In this document: piece by piece, positions 9,224-18,925 of the stretch
How the letters are laid out: every line of letters begins with the position of its first letter
How positions within the stretch are numbered: the stretch's first letter is position 1
Source: an uncultured archaeon
GTDB lineage: Archaea; Asgardarchaeota; Lokiarchaeia; Sigyniarchaeales; SOKP01
Length of the DNA stretch: 27,375 nucleotides
Assembly: GCA_964493715.1 (NCBI GenBank)
Contig: CAZBPC010000040.1
Location: forward strand, 1 to 27,375
Reading direction: 5' to 3'
Translations under genes and position numbers: made by a program
The notes under the pieces: generated by a model
What the model saw: the letters and a program-made list of their open reading frames with translations, nothing else
Database searches by the model: none
What the model was told of the DNA's origin: nothing

Positions 9224-10099
9224 TTAATTTAAAACATATACATATTCTTCTATGGGAAGATTTAATTGTTTTCTAATCTCATTTCTTACTAAAATACCTC
9301 CAACATGGAGAATAGAATCCTTTAATATGTTATCTTGGTCCATTGAAGCATTACATGGATAGGAATGATGTGCTTTACTAACTTTTTCATTTAAACTGGT
9401 TTCTTCATCCTCTATATACTTAGCATGTAGTTGCTGAAGTATGAAATAAGTTGAACCACAGGGTGCTGTTTGGATGACACAAGTATCATCAATTGATTTA
9501 CCATCTTTACTTAACAAGATGGAAACAATCGGTTCTCCGATCTTAAAAAATTCAATAAAATCTATGATATAATTTCTTTCCTTAGTGATGTTAAATCCCA
9601 CTTTATTATACTCATTCAATTCTTTACTTAAAGAACAGAACGGCTTTGGAAATGTTGCTTGGATTCCATATTTTTCGAAATCTTCCAACACTTGAACTTG
9701 GAGCCCTGCTGGAACCCATTTAGTGTCTTCAATAGGGACTATAACGGCTTTGATGTTTTTATCTTTTAGAAATTCTGGAAGTCCGGAAAGCAAATCTTGA
9801 TGAATGCCAATAACTAATAAGAAATCAAGTTCGGGGAGATTCTTGGGTAAATATTTTTCTGGATCCTCAATGAAATCTGGTACATTATTTCCTACTTGCT
9901 CATAGAAATATACCGAACTCGCAAAATTTCTTGAGTGTTCTCTACAATGGTCGCATTTTACATTTTGCTCCAATAATTCACATGCTTTACAAAACTTATC
10001 ATCATTAATCAAGTTCCCAACAAATTTTTGGGTTAACATTTCAGTTTCAGGACCTAAGCCGTAGATAATCCCTAATTTATAGTTTTTTTCATTCATCAT
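9224..10099 (-). CDS. DUF166-family protein (probable metal/Fe-S binding)
   Basis: FPKPFCSL, TAPCGST, AHHSYPCNASM motifs; N-terminal CKAC...CDHC. Confidence 0.75.
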   Translation of the reverse strand: MMNEKNYKLGIIYGLGPETEMLTQKFVGNLINDDKFCKACELLEQNVKCDHCREHSRNFASSVYFYEQVGNNVPDFIEDPEKYLPKNLPELDFLLVIGIHQDLLSGLPEFLKDKNIKAVIVPIEDTKWVPAGLQVQVLEDFEKYGIQATFPKPFCSLSKELNEYNKVGFNITKERNYIIDFIEFFKIGEPIVSILLSKDGKSIDDTCVIQTAPCGSTYFILQQLHAKYIEDEETSLNEKVSKAHHSYPCNASMDQDNILKDSILHVGGILVRNEIRKQLNLPIEEYVYVLN

Positions 10100-10289
10100 A
10101 TAAAAAACATGTTTACAATTTTTATTTGTTTATTTAATATTATATAATCGTTTTATTCTTTCTGCCGAAGATGTTCGAATAAAAAACAAAGAAATTTATC
10201 TAAATATTATTATTTTTAATGCATAATTATCTTATACTATATACATGGTATAATATTTTAATAACAAGTTATATCCCCTTAAATTAAAG

Positions 10290-11126
10290 ATGGAGCTCTT
10301 AGAGATCCGAAAGGAAATAATTATTAATCTTAAAGCAGATCTACCAGAGTTGGTTGATAAAGTTAATTATTTCAACTTAATCAAACTACCAAGTAAGAAA
10401 AATGTGGTAGTCGATCTGAGTTTCATTAGACCGACAGAAAGGTTCCCTAAAGATATTGTTGTGAAAATTTTTAGAACAAACAATATGGATATCGAATATA
10501 CGACATTAAGACAATTGAACAATCAAGATATAAGCGTTCCAAAGATATTATTTTATAAAAAACCATTCTTAATTCTTGAAAAAATCAAAGGCATGAATTT
10601 ATGTGATTACATAAATAACATACTAATGCATTATGAAGAACTTAGTAAATTAGACAAAAATCATAAGGAGAACATTCTAAACTCTGTTGAAAAGCTTGCT
10701 TTATGGTTAGGAAATTTCCATCACTTAAATGTAATTAAAAAAAATAATCCCAATGAAATTACTGTCTTAAACAAAGGTGATACAAGATTAAGAGATTTTA
10801 TTTATGATTCTAATTCGGGAGCATTATTTGGAACAGATTTTGAAGATTCTTATGAAGGAAATCATATTGATGATATAGCCTGGATATGTTGTTCTTTATT
10901 AGATACGAATCCGGGTATTTTTGAAATGAATCATCCAAAACATAAGATTGATTTGATAAATTTCTTCTTAAAAAGCTATTATAAACATACTCCTTATTTT
11001 AAATTCAATTTTCATTATTTTACAGAGCGTTTAATTGAAAATTTAAACATCGTGATGAGGAGAAGGCACATAAATTTGAAACTAAATAAAGAGAACTTTA
11101 TCACGGCTATTTCAAAAGAATTATAA
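10290..11126 (+). CDS. Atypical kinase / APH-RIO-Bud32-like phosphotransferase
   Basis: VVKIF (beta3 Lys), helix-C Glu (IEY), VPKIL, LILEKIKG, catalytic-loop-like NKGDTRLRDF, DFED. Confidence 0.75.
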   Translation: MELLEIRKEIIINLKADLPELVDKVNYFNLIKLPSKKNVVVDLSFIRPTERFPKDIVVKIFRTNNMDIEYTTLRQLNNQDISVPKILFYKKPFLILEKIKGMNLCDYINNILMHYEELSKLDKNHKENILNSVEKLALWLGNFHHLNVIKKNNPNEITVLNKGDTRLRDFIYDSNSGALFGTDFEDSYEGNHIDDIAWICCSLLDTNPGIFEMNHPKHKIDLINFFLKSYYKHTPYFKFNFHYFTERLIENLNIVMRRRHINLKLNKENFITAISKEL

Positions 11127-11218
11127 ATCAGTGGTTTGAACTTCTTCTATCTTAAAAAGTATATTTAATAATAATTACTCTATGTGTTATTTAAAAACTA
11201 CTAACAAGAGATATTAAA

Positions 11219-11974
11219 ATGAGTGAAGTACCATTATTAGATGCTAAAACATTTTTAAAAAAGATTGTTTCCGTAATCGTGAATTTAAATGGTCTAAATA
11301 GCGATAACATACCAAAATTAAGGGCTAAACCAGAGATTGTTTTGGAGGCTATTAATAAATATGATACTGAGAAAAATAACCTAATAAAACAGGTTGATTT
11401 GAATAACGAAGAAATCAATTCTCTCAAGAATAGAATTTCCCAAGGGCAACGAGATATTCAAAAATTTGAAGAAGGTATTCAAAATTCAACCATTAAGGGA
11501 CAAGACTTAATGACAAAGATTCAAGATATTCAAAAAGAAACTGAAGAAACTCAAACATCAATTCGGGCAAAAAAAGAAGATTTGAACTCTCGAACATTAA
11601 GATTGAAGGAATTGGAAAATTTAGTTCTTGAACTTTCTCATGAAAATGAGAAATTTGATTCAAAATTAAAAGATTTAGAAAAAGAATTAGAAACCACATT
11701 CTTAAAGAAAGAGAGATTCATCCAATCATATGAAAATAGAGTATCCGCAATGAAAATCTTAATTAATAAAAAGTATATCAATTCATCATTATATCAATTT
11801 ATCCGAGCCTTGCAAGTCGGGAGTGCTCTGGATTTAAGAAACATACTGGTTGCAATTGATATGAGAGAGAGTACTGCAAAAAATATAATATTGAAAATGC
11901 TTGAAGATAATGGCCCAATCGTTTACAATGAAGCTTCAGGAACAATTGAATTAAAAGAGGAGGTAGATTTTTAA
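11219..11974 (+). CDS. Long coiled-coil protein with putative C-terminal winged-helix
   Basis: About 140 aa of heptad-rich E/K/L/N sequence, then LDLRNILVAIDMRESTAKNIILKMLEDNGPIVYNEASGTIEL (HTH plus wing pattern). Confidence 0.7.
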   Translation: MSEVPLLDAKTFLKKIVSVIVNLNGLNSDNIPKLRAKPEIVLEAINKYDTEKNNLIKQVDLNNEEINSLKNRISQGQRDIQKFEEGIQNSTIKGQDLMTKIQDIQKETEETQTSIRAKKEDLNSRTLRLKELENLVLELSHENEKFDSKLKDLEKELETTFLKKERFIQSYENRVSAMKILINKKYINSSLYQFIRALQVGSALDLRNILVAIDMRESTAKNIILKMLEDNGPIVYNEASGTIELKEEVDF

Positions 11975-12711
11975 TGAGTACCAACTTAAAAGATGTTTTG
12001 GGATTAATTGAACAGTTGGAATCCACATTTGATCAATATCTCCAATCATTTAAGAAAAATTCAGATGAAATCCTTAATAATTTAGGAAATTCATGGAAGA
12101 ATATGAAGTTGGAGCAGGAAGAAATCAAAAAAATTGAAGACAATATTGATAATCAGAAATCTGCGATCACTGAATTAAAAATAAAATTGGAGGAAATCGA
12201 CAAAAAAGCTGAGGGTTTAAAAACAACTAAAGAAGAGTTAACTTCAAAGATTACTAAGTTAACGAATAATTCAAATCGTCTTCAAAGTGATCTCGAAGCT
12301 CCAAAAATGGAGTTAAATGACATTACGTCCAAGCTAAATTCAATCAACGATAAAACCACGTTAAAAGAAAACGAGAAAAATGCTTTGGAACAGAAAAAAA
12401 TTGATAATGAAAATAAGGAATCTCGATTAAAAACATTGTATACCGAGGAAAAAATGCAAGATTTGAATTCCAAATTAGCTCAACTAAAAAGAAATAATTT
12501 CTTTACGTCGTTTCTGATGGAAAATTCCGAAGAAGAAATTCCGGAAGTAGATATCATAGCCACAATCATGACTCAAGGAAGCTGCAATCTTGATGAGTTA
12601 AAAAAACTTTTGGATGTACCTCCAATAATGGCGGTGAGAACTATCAAGCAGTTAGCAGTAAAGGGGATAATTAATTTAGATGATAATACTAATATTATTA
12701 CCTTACCTTAA
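11974..12711 (+). CDS. Long coiled-coil protein with C-terminal winged-helix
   Basis: TAATG stop/start overlap with upstream gene; coiled coil followed by IIATIMTQGSCNLDELKKLLDVPPIMAVRTIKQLAVKGIINLD (wHTH pattern). Confidence 0.75.
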   Translation: MSTNLKDVLGLIEQLESTFDQYLQSFKKNSDEILNNLGNSWKNMKLEQEEIKKIEDNIDNQKSAITELKIKLEEIDKKAEGLKTTKEELTSKITKLTNNSNRLQSDLEAPKMELNDITSKLNSINDKTTLKENEKNALEQKKIDNENKESRLKTLYTEEKMQDLNSKLAQLKRNNFFTSFLMENSEEEIPEVDIIATIMTQGSCNLDELKKLLDVPPIMAVRTIKQLAVKGIINLDDNTNIITLP

Positions 12712-12835
12712 CTCTCAGATCAGAATCTTGGCTTATTTTTTCTTAAAAATTTTTTACTTTAAATTCATTCTAAACTAAATTTTTTTAAATAACCTTTCGT
12801 TATATCCTTCTATACATATCGATATTCAAAAAAAT

Positions 12836-14011
12836 GTGAATTTAATGGATAAAAAAGATGCATTTATAGGTATTTTAGCGATTGTAGCTGTAGGTTTAGC
12901 GGGAAGTTTAGGATACTTTATCGTTGCAAATCCTCTTTCGGGGGGATCATCAACACCCGTTTTAAATCAAGGACTACCAGAGGACTGGAGCACTGCCCCA
13001 AATTCTTCAACATTTAAGTTATTTGATGTACATGGTGTAGAATATGATATTTCGCTTGGTGAAATATTAAACGGTGTGCAGATCTATCTTGATGATTTAG
13101 CAGCAGGTTCATTGTCAGATTGGAAAAATTACTATGAATTAACAACTATTCAAGATCCGGTTTCAGGACAATATGTTACTGGAGTCAACATCTTGAATAT
13201 ATTGGAAGAAAAGGGTATATATTTTGCGGGAGATCTTAAATTTGCTACTGGAGATTCAATCACGCGAGATATTCACACGGCAGACATCATTGCAAAAAGT
13301 TATGCTAAGAGTAAAACATACTACGTATTGGTGTTGGCTATAAACCAAGAATGGCTCCAAGATTCTCCCTACTACTCTGTTATGGGTAATTTCTCCATTA
13401 TGGGATTGGATCCTAATGATAATTTCTACAATTTTAATCAAGTTTCAGTGATGAATAATTGGACAATTGATTTAATAGTTAATGGTGTATTAAATTCATC
13501 CCTGGATGCCTGGGATCTGATACAAGATCCGTATACAGCAGTATACCAATATGAAAGTACATCTGGTTGGGGAGCCAATCGTCAATATTGGGGGAAAAAT
13601 GTTTCAGAGATCATTGCAACTGCTGTTGCTGGTCAACCTGATTATGAAGTCACTTTTAGAGCTGCGGACGGTTTCGTAACACCGTTCTGGAAATGGGAAC
13701 CTCCTTACAACAGATCGGAAGTTGAGAATGGCATGTATAACAATGGAACCAATGTTATCCCTCGTTCTGATGATGATTATGTTAACGCCACCGATACCAG
13801 TCTTGGTGTCCCAATACCAGCAACCAATTTAATAATGAATATGGCATGGAAAATCCAAGAATTTGGAGAAACATATAATGGAATTGCTGATGCAGCTTGG
13901 CCAGTTCCGAAAATTTTATCATATTCTAGTGGTCCTTTCAATGTCCAAATACCCGGTAGAAATCGCGCAAACTATGCAAAATGGGTCACCGAAATAATAA
14001 TAGATTTTTAA
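12836..14011 (+). CDS. Membrane-anchored surface protein with two sulfite-oxidase/molybdopterin-binding-like domains, no Cys
   Basis: N-terminal TM; repeated YxGxxxxxI(L/I)...F-x-A/T-x-DG motifs; C-terminal GPFNVQIPG...AKWVTEI resembles the Oxidored_molyb end; several NxS/T sequons. Confidence 0.6.
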   Translation: MNLMDKKDAFIGILAIVAVGLAGSLGYFIVANPLSGGSSTPVLNQGLPEDWSTAPNSSTFKLFDVHGVEYDISLGEILNGVQIYLDDLAAGSLSDWKNYYELTTIQDPVSGQYVTGVNILNILEEKGIYFAGDLKFATGDSITRDIHTADIIAKSYAKSKTYYVLVLAINQEWLQDSPYYSVMGNFSIMGLDPNDNFYNFNQVSVMNNWTIDLIVNGVLNSSLDAWDLIQDPYTAVYQYESTSGWGANRQYWGKNVSEIIATAVAGQPDYEVTFRAADGFVTPFWKWEPPYNRSEVENGMYNNGTNVIPRSDDDYVNATDTSLGVPIPATNLIMNMAWKIQEFGETYNGIADAAWPVPKILSYSSGPFNVQIPGRNRANYAKWVTEIIIDF

Positions 14012-14038
14012 ACATTTCTTGAATTTAAATTAAATATC

Positions 14039-14052
14039 TTTTTTTTCTTTTT
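14039..14052 (+). terminator. Possible oligo-T terminator
   Basis: T8-C-T5 tract 27 nt after the stop of 12836..14011. Confidence 0.35.
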
Positions 14053-14065
14053 AAAAACAAAAAAA

Positions 14066-14950
14066 GTGATAGTTTTGAAAAAAAAAGCCATAATAACTAT
14101 ACTTTTAGTAATTTTTTCATTTTCATCCATCAATTTTCCACTTACAAATGCTTATCCTGGAGACGGTGATTGTCAGAATTATCATAATATTACTCAAATT
14201 GAAGTTCCAATCGATAATTCAGCAAATATTATTTTAGACGGGGTTCCAAGCGAAGAATTCTGGTCAAAACCTGAAAATCAGATGGGAAAAGTGGTAATTC
14301 CACTCGCATCGATTAGATACGATTCAAATCCTCCTGATCTATTAATTTACATGAACGCAACCTTCATTATGAATGCGAATTCACTTTATATCCTCTGTGA
14401 ATGGATGGATAATACTACTTCAGCGGAAGATTATGTTGCTGATGGGATTCTATTTTGTTGGGATATAAATGTGGTAAATTTTTCAGCATATTATCCCTTT
14501 GGTATGACTACTGAACATATGGGTGGAGGTAAAGTTGATAGTTGGAGATGGTATCATTATACCTCCATTTCAAGTGGAGTGCCTACTTTGTGTTTTGATG
14601 AATGTTTTGAGGATGATGGATGGGTAAATCCGAATCCAGAATTGTCCCAAGTTAATGCCGCATTTATGACTATCTCAAATGTCTCTTATACATTAGAGAT
14701 TAGTAGGTCATTAGTCACTAATGAAGAATATGACGTACAATTTAACCAAAACAAAGAATATTTATTCAATATGGCAATTTATGATAATAATTTACACGAG
14801 AATCATGCCGTGTCATGGACTTATAGTTTAGATTTAGATTTGGGGACTTTTCCCCCAATAATCCCGGGATATTTTAATATATTCATACTGTTAACAATGA
14901 TTGGAATCATAGCAACCTATCAAAAAAGGAGATTAAAAATAACCAAGTAG
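14066..14950 (+). CDS. Secreted DOMON/CBM9-like (ethylbenzene-dehydrogenase gamma-like) protein with Loki-CTERM-type sorting tail
   Basis: Signal peptide; IILDG..EEFW, LYILCEWMD, DGILFCWD, VDSWRW, YTLEISRSL, FNMAIYD...H; C-terminal IPGY + TM + KRR. Confidence 0.65.
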   Translation: MIVLKKKAIITILLVIFSFSSINFPLTNAYPGDGDCQNYHNITQIEVPIDNSANIILDGVPSEEFWSKPENQMGKVVIPLASIRYDSNPPDLLIYMNATFIMNANSLYILCEWMDNTTSAEDYVADGILFCWDINVVNFSAYYPFGMTTEHMGGGKVDSWRWYHYTSISSGVPTLCFDECFEDDGWVNPNPELSQVNAAFMTISNVSYTLEISRSLVTNEEYDVQFNQNKEYLFNMAIYDNNLHENHAVSWTYSLDLDLGTFPPIIPGYFNIFILLTMIGIIATYQKRRLKITK

Positions 14951-14962
14951 ACCAATGAACTC

Positions 14963-15511
14963 ATGAAAACTCGTAACTTTTACATGATAGTGGCAAGTGT
15001 TTTAATTGGACTTATAATTTTTTGGTTACTGATGATTGCTTTTTCACAATTTAACCCTTTTAATGATCCCAATAAAATAACGATAGATGGTAATGGAACA
15101 ACAAAATCTATAACGATATCTATTAGTCAATTAACATCGGGAAAATATGAAATGGTGGAGGATAAAATTTTCCACATAAAAAATAGCTTTGATACTGAAT
15201 CCGATATCACATATTCGGGAATTTCACTTTGGAGCATCCTTGTAGAAGAAAATCTTCTTGTTCAATCATCTTCTGATTTAGAATTCCGGTTCTATGCACG
15301 GGATGGATATAGTTCCCCAAAATTTCTAAATCTTTCAATCATAGAAGCATTTCCAAATTTAGTAATCTTAGCAACTAAAGAGAACGGAGTACCTCTTACT
15401 ATAGAAGGACCCTTGAGATCAGTAATGGATCAATCAATTATGCCTGAAGGTGAATATAGTTCACAATATTCTGTGCAACAATTAAGTTTAATAACTATTA
15501 ACATAGCTTGA
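14963..15511 (+). CDS. Membrane-anchored single-domain molybdopterin-oxidoreductase-fold protein, no Cys (PruR-like)
   Basis: N-terminal TM; YSGISLWSIL, FYARDGY, VILATKENGVPL..GPLRSV, VQQLSLITI follow the Oxidored_molyb consensus. Confidence 0.75.
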   Translation: MKTRNFYMIVASVLIGLIIFWLLMIAFSQFNPFNDPNKITIDGNGTTKSITISISQLTSGKYEMVEDKIFHIKNSFDTESDITYSGISLWSILVEENLLVQSSSDLEFRFYARDGYSSPKFLNLSIIEAFPNLVILATKENGVPLTIEGPLRSVMDQSIMPEGEYSSQYSVQQLSLITINIA

Positions 15512-16170
15512 AATCAAAGTGGCTACTCATGAAAGAAGTTAAACAAGATAATATTAACGAGTTAGAAGATGTTTCTAAAAACGATGATGGTTATAGAGAA
15601 ACAGGTTATGATTCTATTCATAAAAAAAAAATTACGAATTTAGATTATATTTATTCTGCAATCATCGGAGTTTTAGGGGGAATAATATCGAGTTTGATTC
15701 CATTTAGTTTATTGATAAAAGTGTGGTACCCAATCACTGGAGGCACACAACTTGTAAGTGGGCATCATGTCATTTGGGGGGTAATTGTATATGGACTTAC
15801 AAAAAAAAAAGAAAACATTATTTTAACAATGGTGACTAAAGGGGTCTTAGAGTTTCTATTGGGAGATCCATGGGGTATACTGATATTGTTCGTAAACTTT
15901 ATTGAAGGTATTTTTCTTTCTTCTGGTTTTTATATTATGGAAATATTAGGAGAAGGTGAGACCAAATTAGGATGGGGAATTGCTGGTGGTATAGGAAATT
16001 TCTTTCAAGCTCCTTTTTTTTGGATCATAAATCAACGCTGGTACTTACATTGGTCTTTATGGGCTTTAGCTTTTATTTTTGCTTTTATTTCAGGTGTTTT
16101 AATAACGGGTCTTCTTGGTAGAGCAATAAAAAATACATTAATTGAAGCCGGTGTCCCTACAACATATTAA
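15508..16170 (+). CDS. ECF transporter S component (YkoE-like)
   Basis: About six TMs, G-HH-IWG..., KGVLEFLLGDPWG...FIEG pattern; directly upstream of ECF A and T genes. Start may be ATG at 15529. Confidence 0.75.
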   Translation: MKSKWLLMKEVKQDNINELEDVSKNDDGYRETGYDSIHKKKITNLDYIYSAIIGVLGGIISSLIPFSLLIKVWYPITGGTQLVSGHHVIWGVIVYGLTKKKENIILTMVTKGVLEFLLGDPWGILILFVNFIEGIFLSSGFYIMEILGEGETKLGWGIAGGIGNFFQAPFFWIINQRWYLHWSLWALAFIFAFISGVLITGLLGRAIKNTLIEAGVPTTY

Positions 16171-16179
16171 CATACGAGT

Positions 16180-17991
16180 GTGATGATTAAATCCTTGTCA
16201 ACCAAAGCTCTTTCTTTTACTAATTTTTCATTTATTTATGGAGAGGATAAGACTAAACAGCCTAGTATCTCTAATATAACTTTTAATTTAAATGAAGGAG
16301 AGACTTTAGTTTTAGCGGGTCCTAGTGGTAGTGGCAAATCAACGATATCTTATGCAATAAATGGAATCATTCCTTGGAGACAAAAAGGTTTTGCTAAGGG
16401 AGAAGTAAAGATTTTCGGGAAAAATATTTGGGATTATGAGTTTTCTGCACTTTCTAAAATTGTTGGATTGGTAAAACAAAATCCAAGTGAACAATTAGTC
16501 ACTTTTACAGTTAGAGACGAGATTTCGTTTGGATTAGAAAACTTAAAATATCCAGAAGATGAGATTACATCCAAAGTTGAACAAGTAAGTAAAATGATGG
16601 GAATCACAGACATTTTAGATCGCCCAATCGAACAATTGAGTGGAGGTCAAAAGCAATTAACCGTACTTTGCTCGTTTTTAGTGATGAATCCGAAAATTCT
16701 TATTTTAGATGAACCAATTGCTTTCTTAGATCAAGAATCTGAGAGTTTTTTACTGAATAGGTTAAAAAAATTGGTCAAAACTAAAGAAATCCCAATAACA
16801 TTAATCATCATTGAACATAGGTTGTCCCGAGTTCTTGATATTGCAGATAAATTAATCATTTTAAATGATATGGGTAATATTTCACTGAACGGGAGTGTAA
16901 AAGATGTATTGGAAAAAAATTTCGCTCAATTGAAAAAATGCAATGTAAGAGTTCCGTGGTTAATTGATGTTTTTGATGAGTTTAAGAGAAAAACACAATT
17001 AAAAGATGATTTTCAACATTCAATTGACTTTCATTTTTATTTTGATTATATTTCAAAACTAGAACAAAATGAATTAAAAATTATTTATAAAATTATTCAA
17101 AGTAGAGAAATTAATGCTGAAGAATTAAAAAAATACGAAAATTTAGACCAAGTTATCGATTTAAAAGACACTTATATTAAATCCTTAAAATTCAAGAAAT
17201 CTAGAAATAATAATGACGAAATTCCTTATGACAATAGTAACATCCTCCTTGAGACCAAAGATCTCTGCTTTTTTTACCCAAATAGCGGAATAAGAGCATT
17301 AAATGGGATCAACCTTCAAATTCAAAAAGGAGATTTCATCGGTCTTGTCGGTCCTAATGGTTCAGGAAAGACCACACTTCTTTATTTATTAGCAAATTTA
17401 TATCAACTAACTTCTGGAGCTATTTTTTATAAAAATCAATTGCTAAATGATATTGATTCCTATGAATATGCGCAAAAAGTAGGATTTATCTTCCAGAATC
17501 CTGAGAATATGATTTTTAAATCCACCATAAAAGATGAAATTTTATATGGTCCCAAAAATTTCGGTATTCTTTCTCGCATTAAGGATGAATACTTAGAGAA
17601 ATTAATAGGTATGATCGGAAAAGAAAATCCTTTGAAAAATCCTTATCAATTAAGCTGGGGTCAAAAACGGCGATTAAATCTAAGTTCGATATTCATTTAT
17701 GATCCCGATATAATCCTGTTAGATGAACCTTTTATAGGTCAGGATCAAAAGACAATCGAAGCTTTAGTCGAGACTCTCTATATTGAAAATAAAAGAGGAA
17801 AAACTATCATAATCTCCTCTCATGACTATCACCTCTTATTAAAATATACGAAAAGGATTATTGAATTAAATAAAGAAGGCTCTGTTCTGTATTATGACAC
17901 GAAAAGCAATTATTTCTCCAAACATAGTAATCTTGGACCAATTTTACTCTTGAATGAAATAAATAGAAGATTAAATGAGGATTTTATCTAA
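16180..17991 (+). CDS. ECF transporter fused double ATPase (EcfA-A', YkoD-like)
   Basis: Two Walker A (GPSGSGKS, GPNGSGKT), Q-loops QNP, signatures LSGGQKQ and LSWGQKRR, Walker B ILDEP/LLDEP, H-loops. Confidence 0.93.
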   Translation: MMIKSLSTKALSFTNFSFIYGEDKTKQPSISNITFNLNEGETLVLAGPSGSGKSTISYAINGIIPWRQKGFAKGEVKIFGKNIWDYEFSALSKIVGLVKQNPSEQLVTFTVRDEISFGLENLKYPEDEITSKVEQVSKMMGITDILDRPIEQLSGGQKQLTVLCSFLVMNPKILILDEPIAFLDQESESFLLNRLKKLVKTKEIPITLIIIEHRLSRVLDIADKLIILNDMGNISLNGSVKDVLEKNFAQLKKCNVRVPWLIDVFDEFKRKTQLKDDFQHSIDFHFYFDYISKLEQNELKIIYKIIQSREINAEELKKYENLDQVIDLKDTYIKSLKFKKSRNNNDEIPYDNSNILLETKDLCFFYPNSGIRALNGINLQIQKGDFIGLVGPNGSGKTTLLYLLANLYQLTSGAIFYKNQLLNDIDSYEYAQKVGFIFQNPENMIFKSTIKDEILYGPKNFGILSRIKDEYLEKLIGMIGKENPLKNPYQLSWGQKRRLNLSSIFIYDPDIILLDEPFIGQDQKTIEALVETLYIENKRGKTIIISSHDYHLLLKYTKRIIELNKEGSVLYYDTKSNYFSKHSNLGPILLLNEINRRLNEDFI

Positions 17992-18881
17992 TGAAAGAAA
18001 AGAATATGGCATTAGATAATAGGAATAATACTTTTGCCTACGTTCCGGGGAATTCGGTATTTCACAAACTAAATCCCCTATCAAAATTGATTTTTCTAAT
18101 TCTCCTTACTATTTTTACTTTTATTGCAAGAAGTTTAATACTCCTTTCGATGATTTTACTTCTTATTTTTCTCTTAGCTTTAGTTAGTGAAATATCCATG
18201 AAAAGATTGATTCGAAAAACTCGATTTATTGTTGTGCTTTTATTATTTGGTGTTATTTTAAATATCTTTTTTAATGCAATCCCAAATGAACGGGAAATAA
18301 TTTTATTTTATTTATTTAATCTAAACTTCTTACCTATTCGTAGATTAGCTGTATATTTTTCTTTAAAAGCATTATTTATAGTATTAACATTATATTCATC
18401 TACAATTTTATTTACAAATACCACATCTAACAAAGATTTCGTATATTCCTTAATGCGATTAAATATCCCGTATAAATTTTGTTTCAGTTTTATGATTGGT
18501 ATACAATTTATCCCTACTATAGAAGCAGAAGCTAAGACAATTGCATTAGCTCAAAAAGCACGTGGTTTTGGCTTGGAAAAAGTTAATACTTTTAAAAGAG
18601 CATATAATTTAATATTTGAGCGTTTAATAACTACCTTAGTCGCAATCCTTAGAAAAGGGCATACTACATCTATATCCATGGAAAATAGGTGTTTCGGTTT
18701 ATATAAAAAAAGGACGAACCGAATAATGGTGAAATTTAAGTTAATCGATATTGTTTTCATAGTGATTTGCTTTTTAGTTTTCACTTCTTTACTTCTATAT
18801 CAGTTAAATATTCTTCCACTCCCTCAGGTTCCTTCCTTATATCAAATTTTTTTACAATTATTCAAGAGATACACTCTATAA
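17991..18881 (+). CDS. ecfT: ECF transporter transmembrane T component
   Basis: SVFHKLNPLSKL, FTNTT, QFIPT, AQKARG and SMENRCF coupling motifs; TAATG overlap with the ATPase gene. Confidence 0.92.
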   Translation: MKEKNMALDNRNNTFAYVPGNSVFHKLNPLSKLIFLILLTIFTFIARSLILLSMILLLIFLLALVSEISMKRLIRKTRFIVVLLLFGVILNIFFNAIPNEREIILFYLFNLNFLPIRRLAVYFSLKALFIVLTLYSSTILFTNTTSNKDFVYSLMRLNIPYKFCFSFMIGIQFIPTIEAEAKTIALAQKARGFGLEKVNTFKRAYNLIFERLITTLVAILRKGHTTSISMENRCFGLYKKRTNRIMVKFKLIDIVFIVICFLVFTSLLLYQLNILPLPQVPSLYQIFLQLFKRYTL

Positions 18882-18925
18882 AATATATCAGTGGTGTTTT
18901 TTAGATATGACTTCCTTTTATTTTT

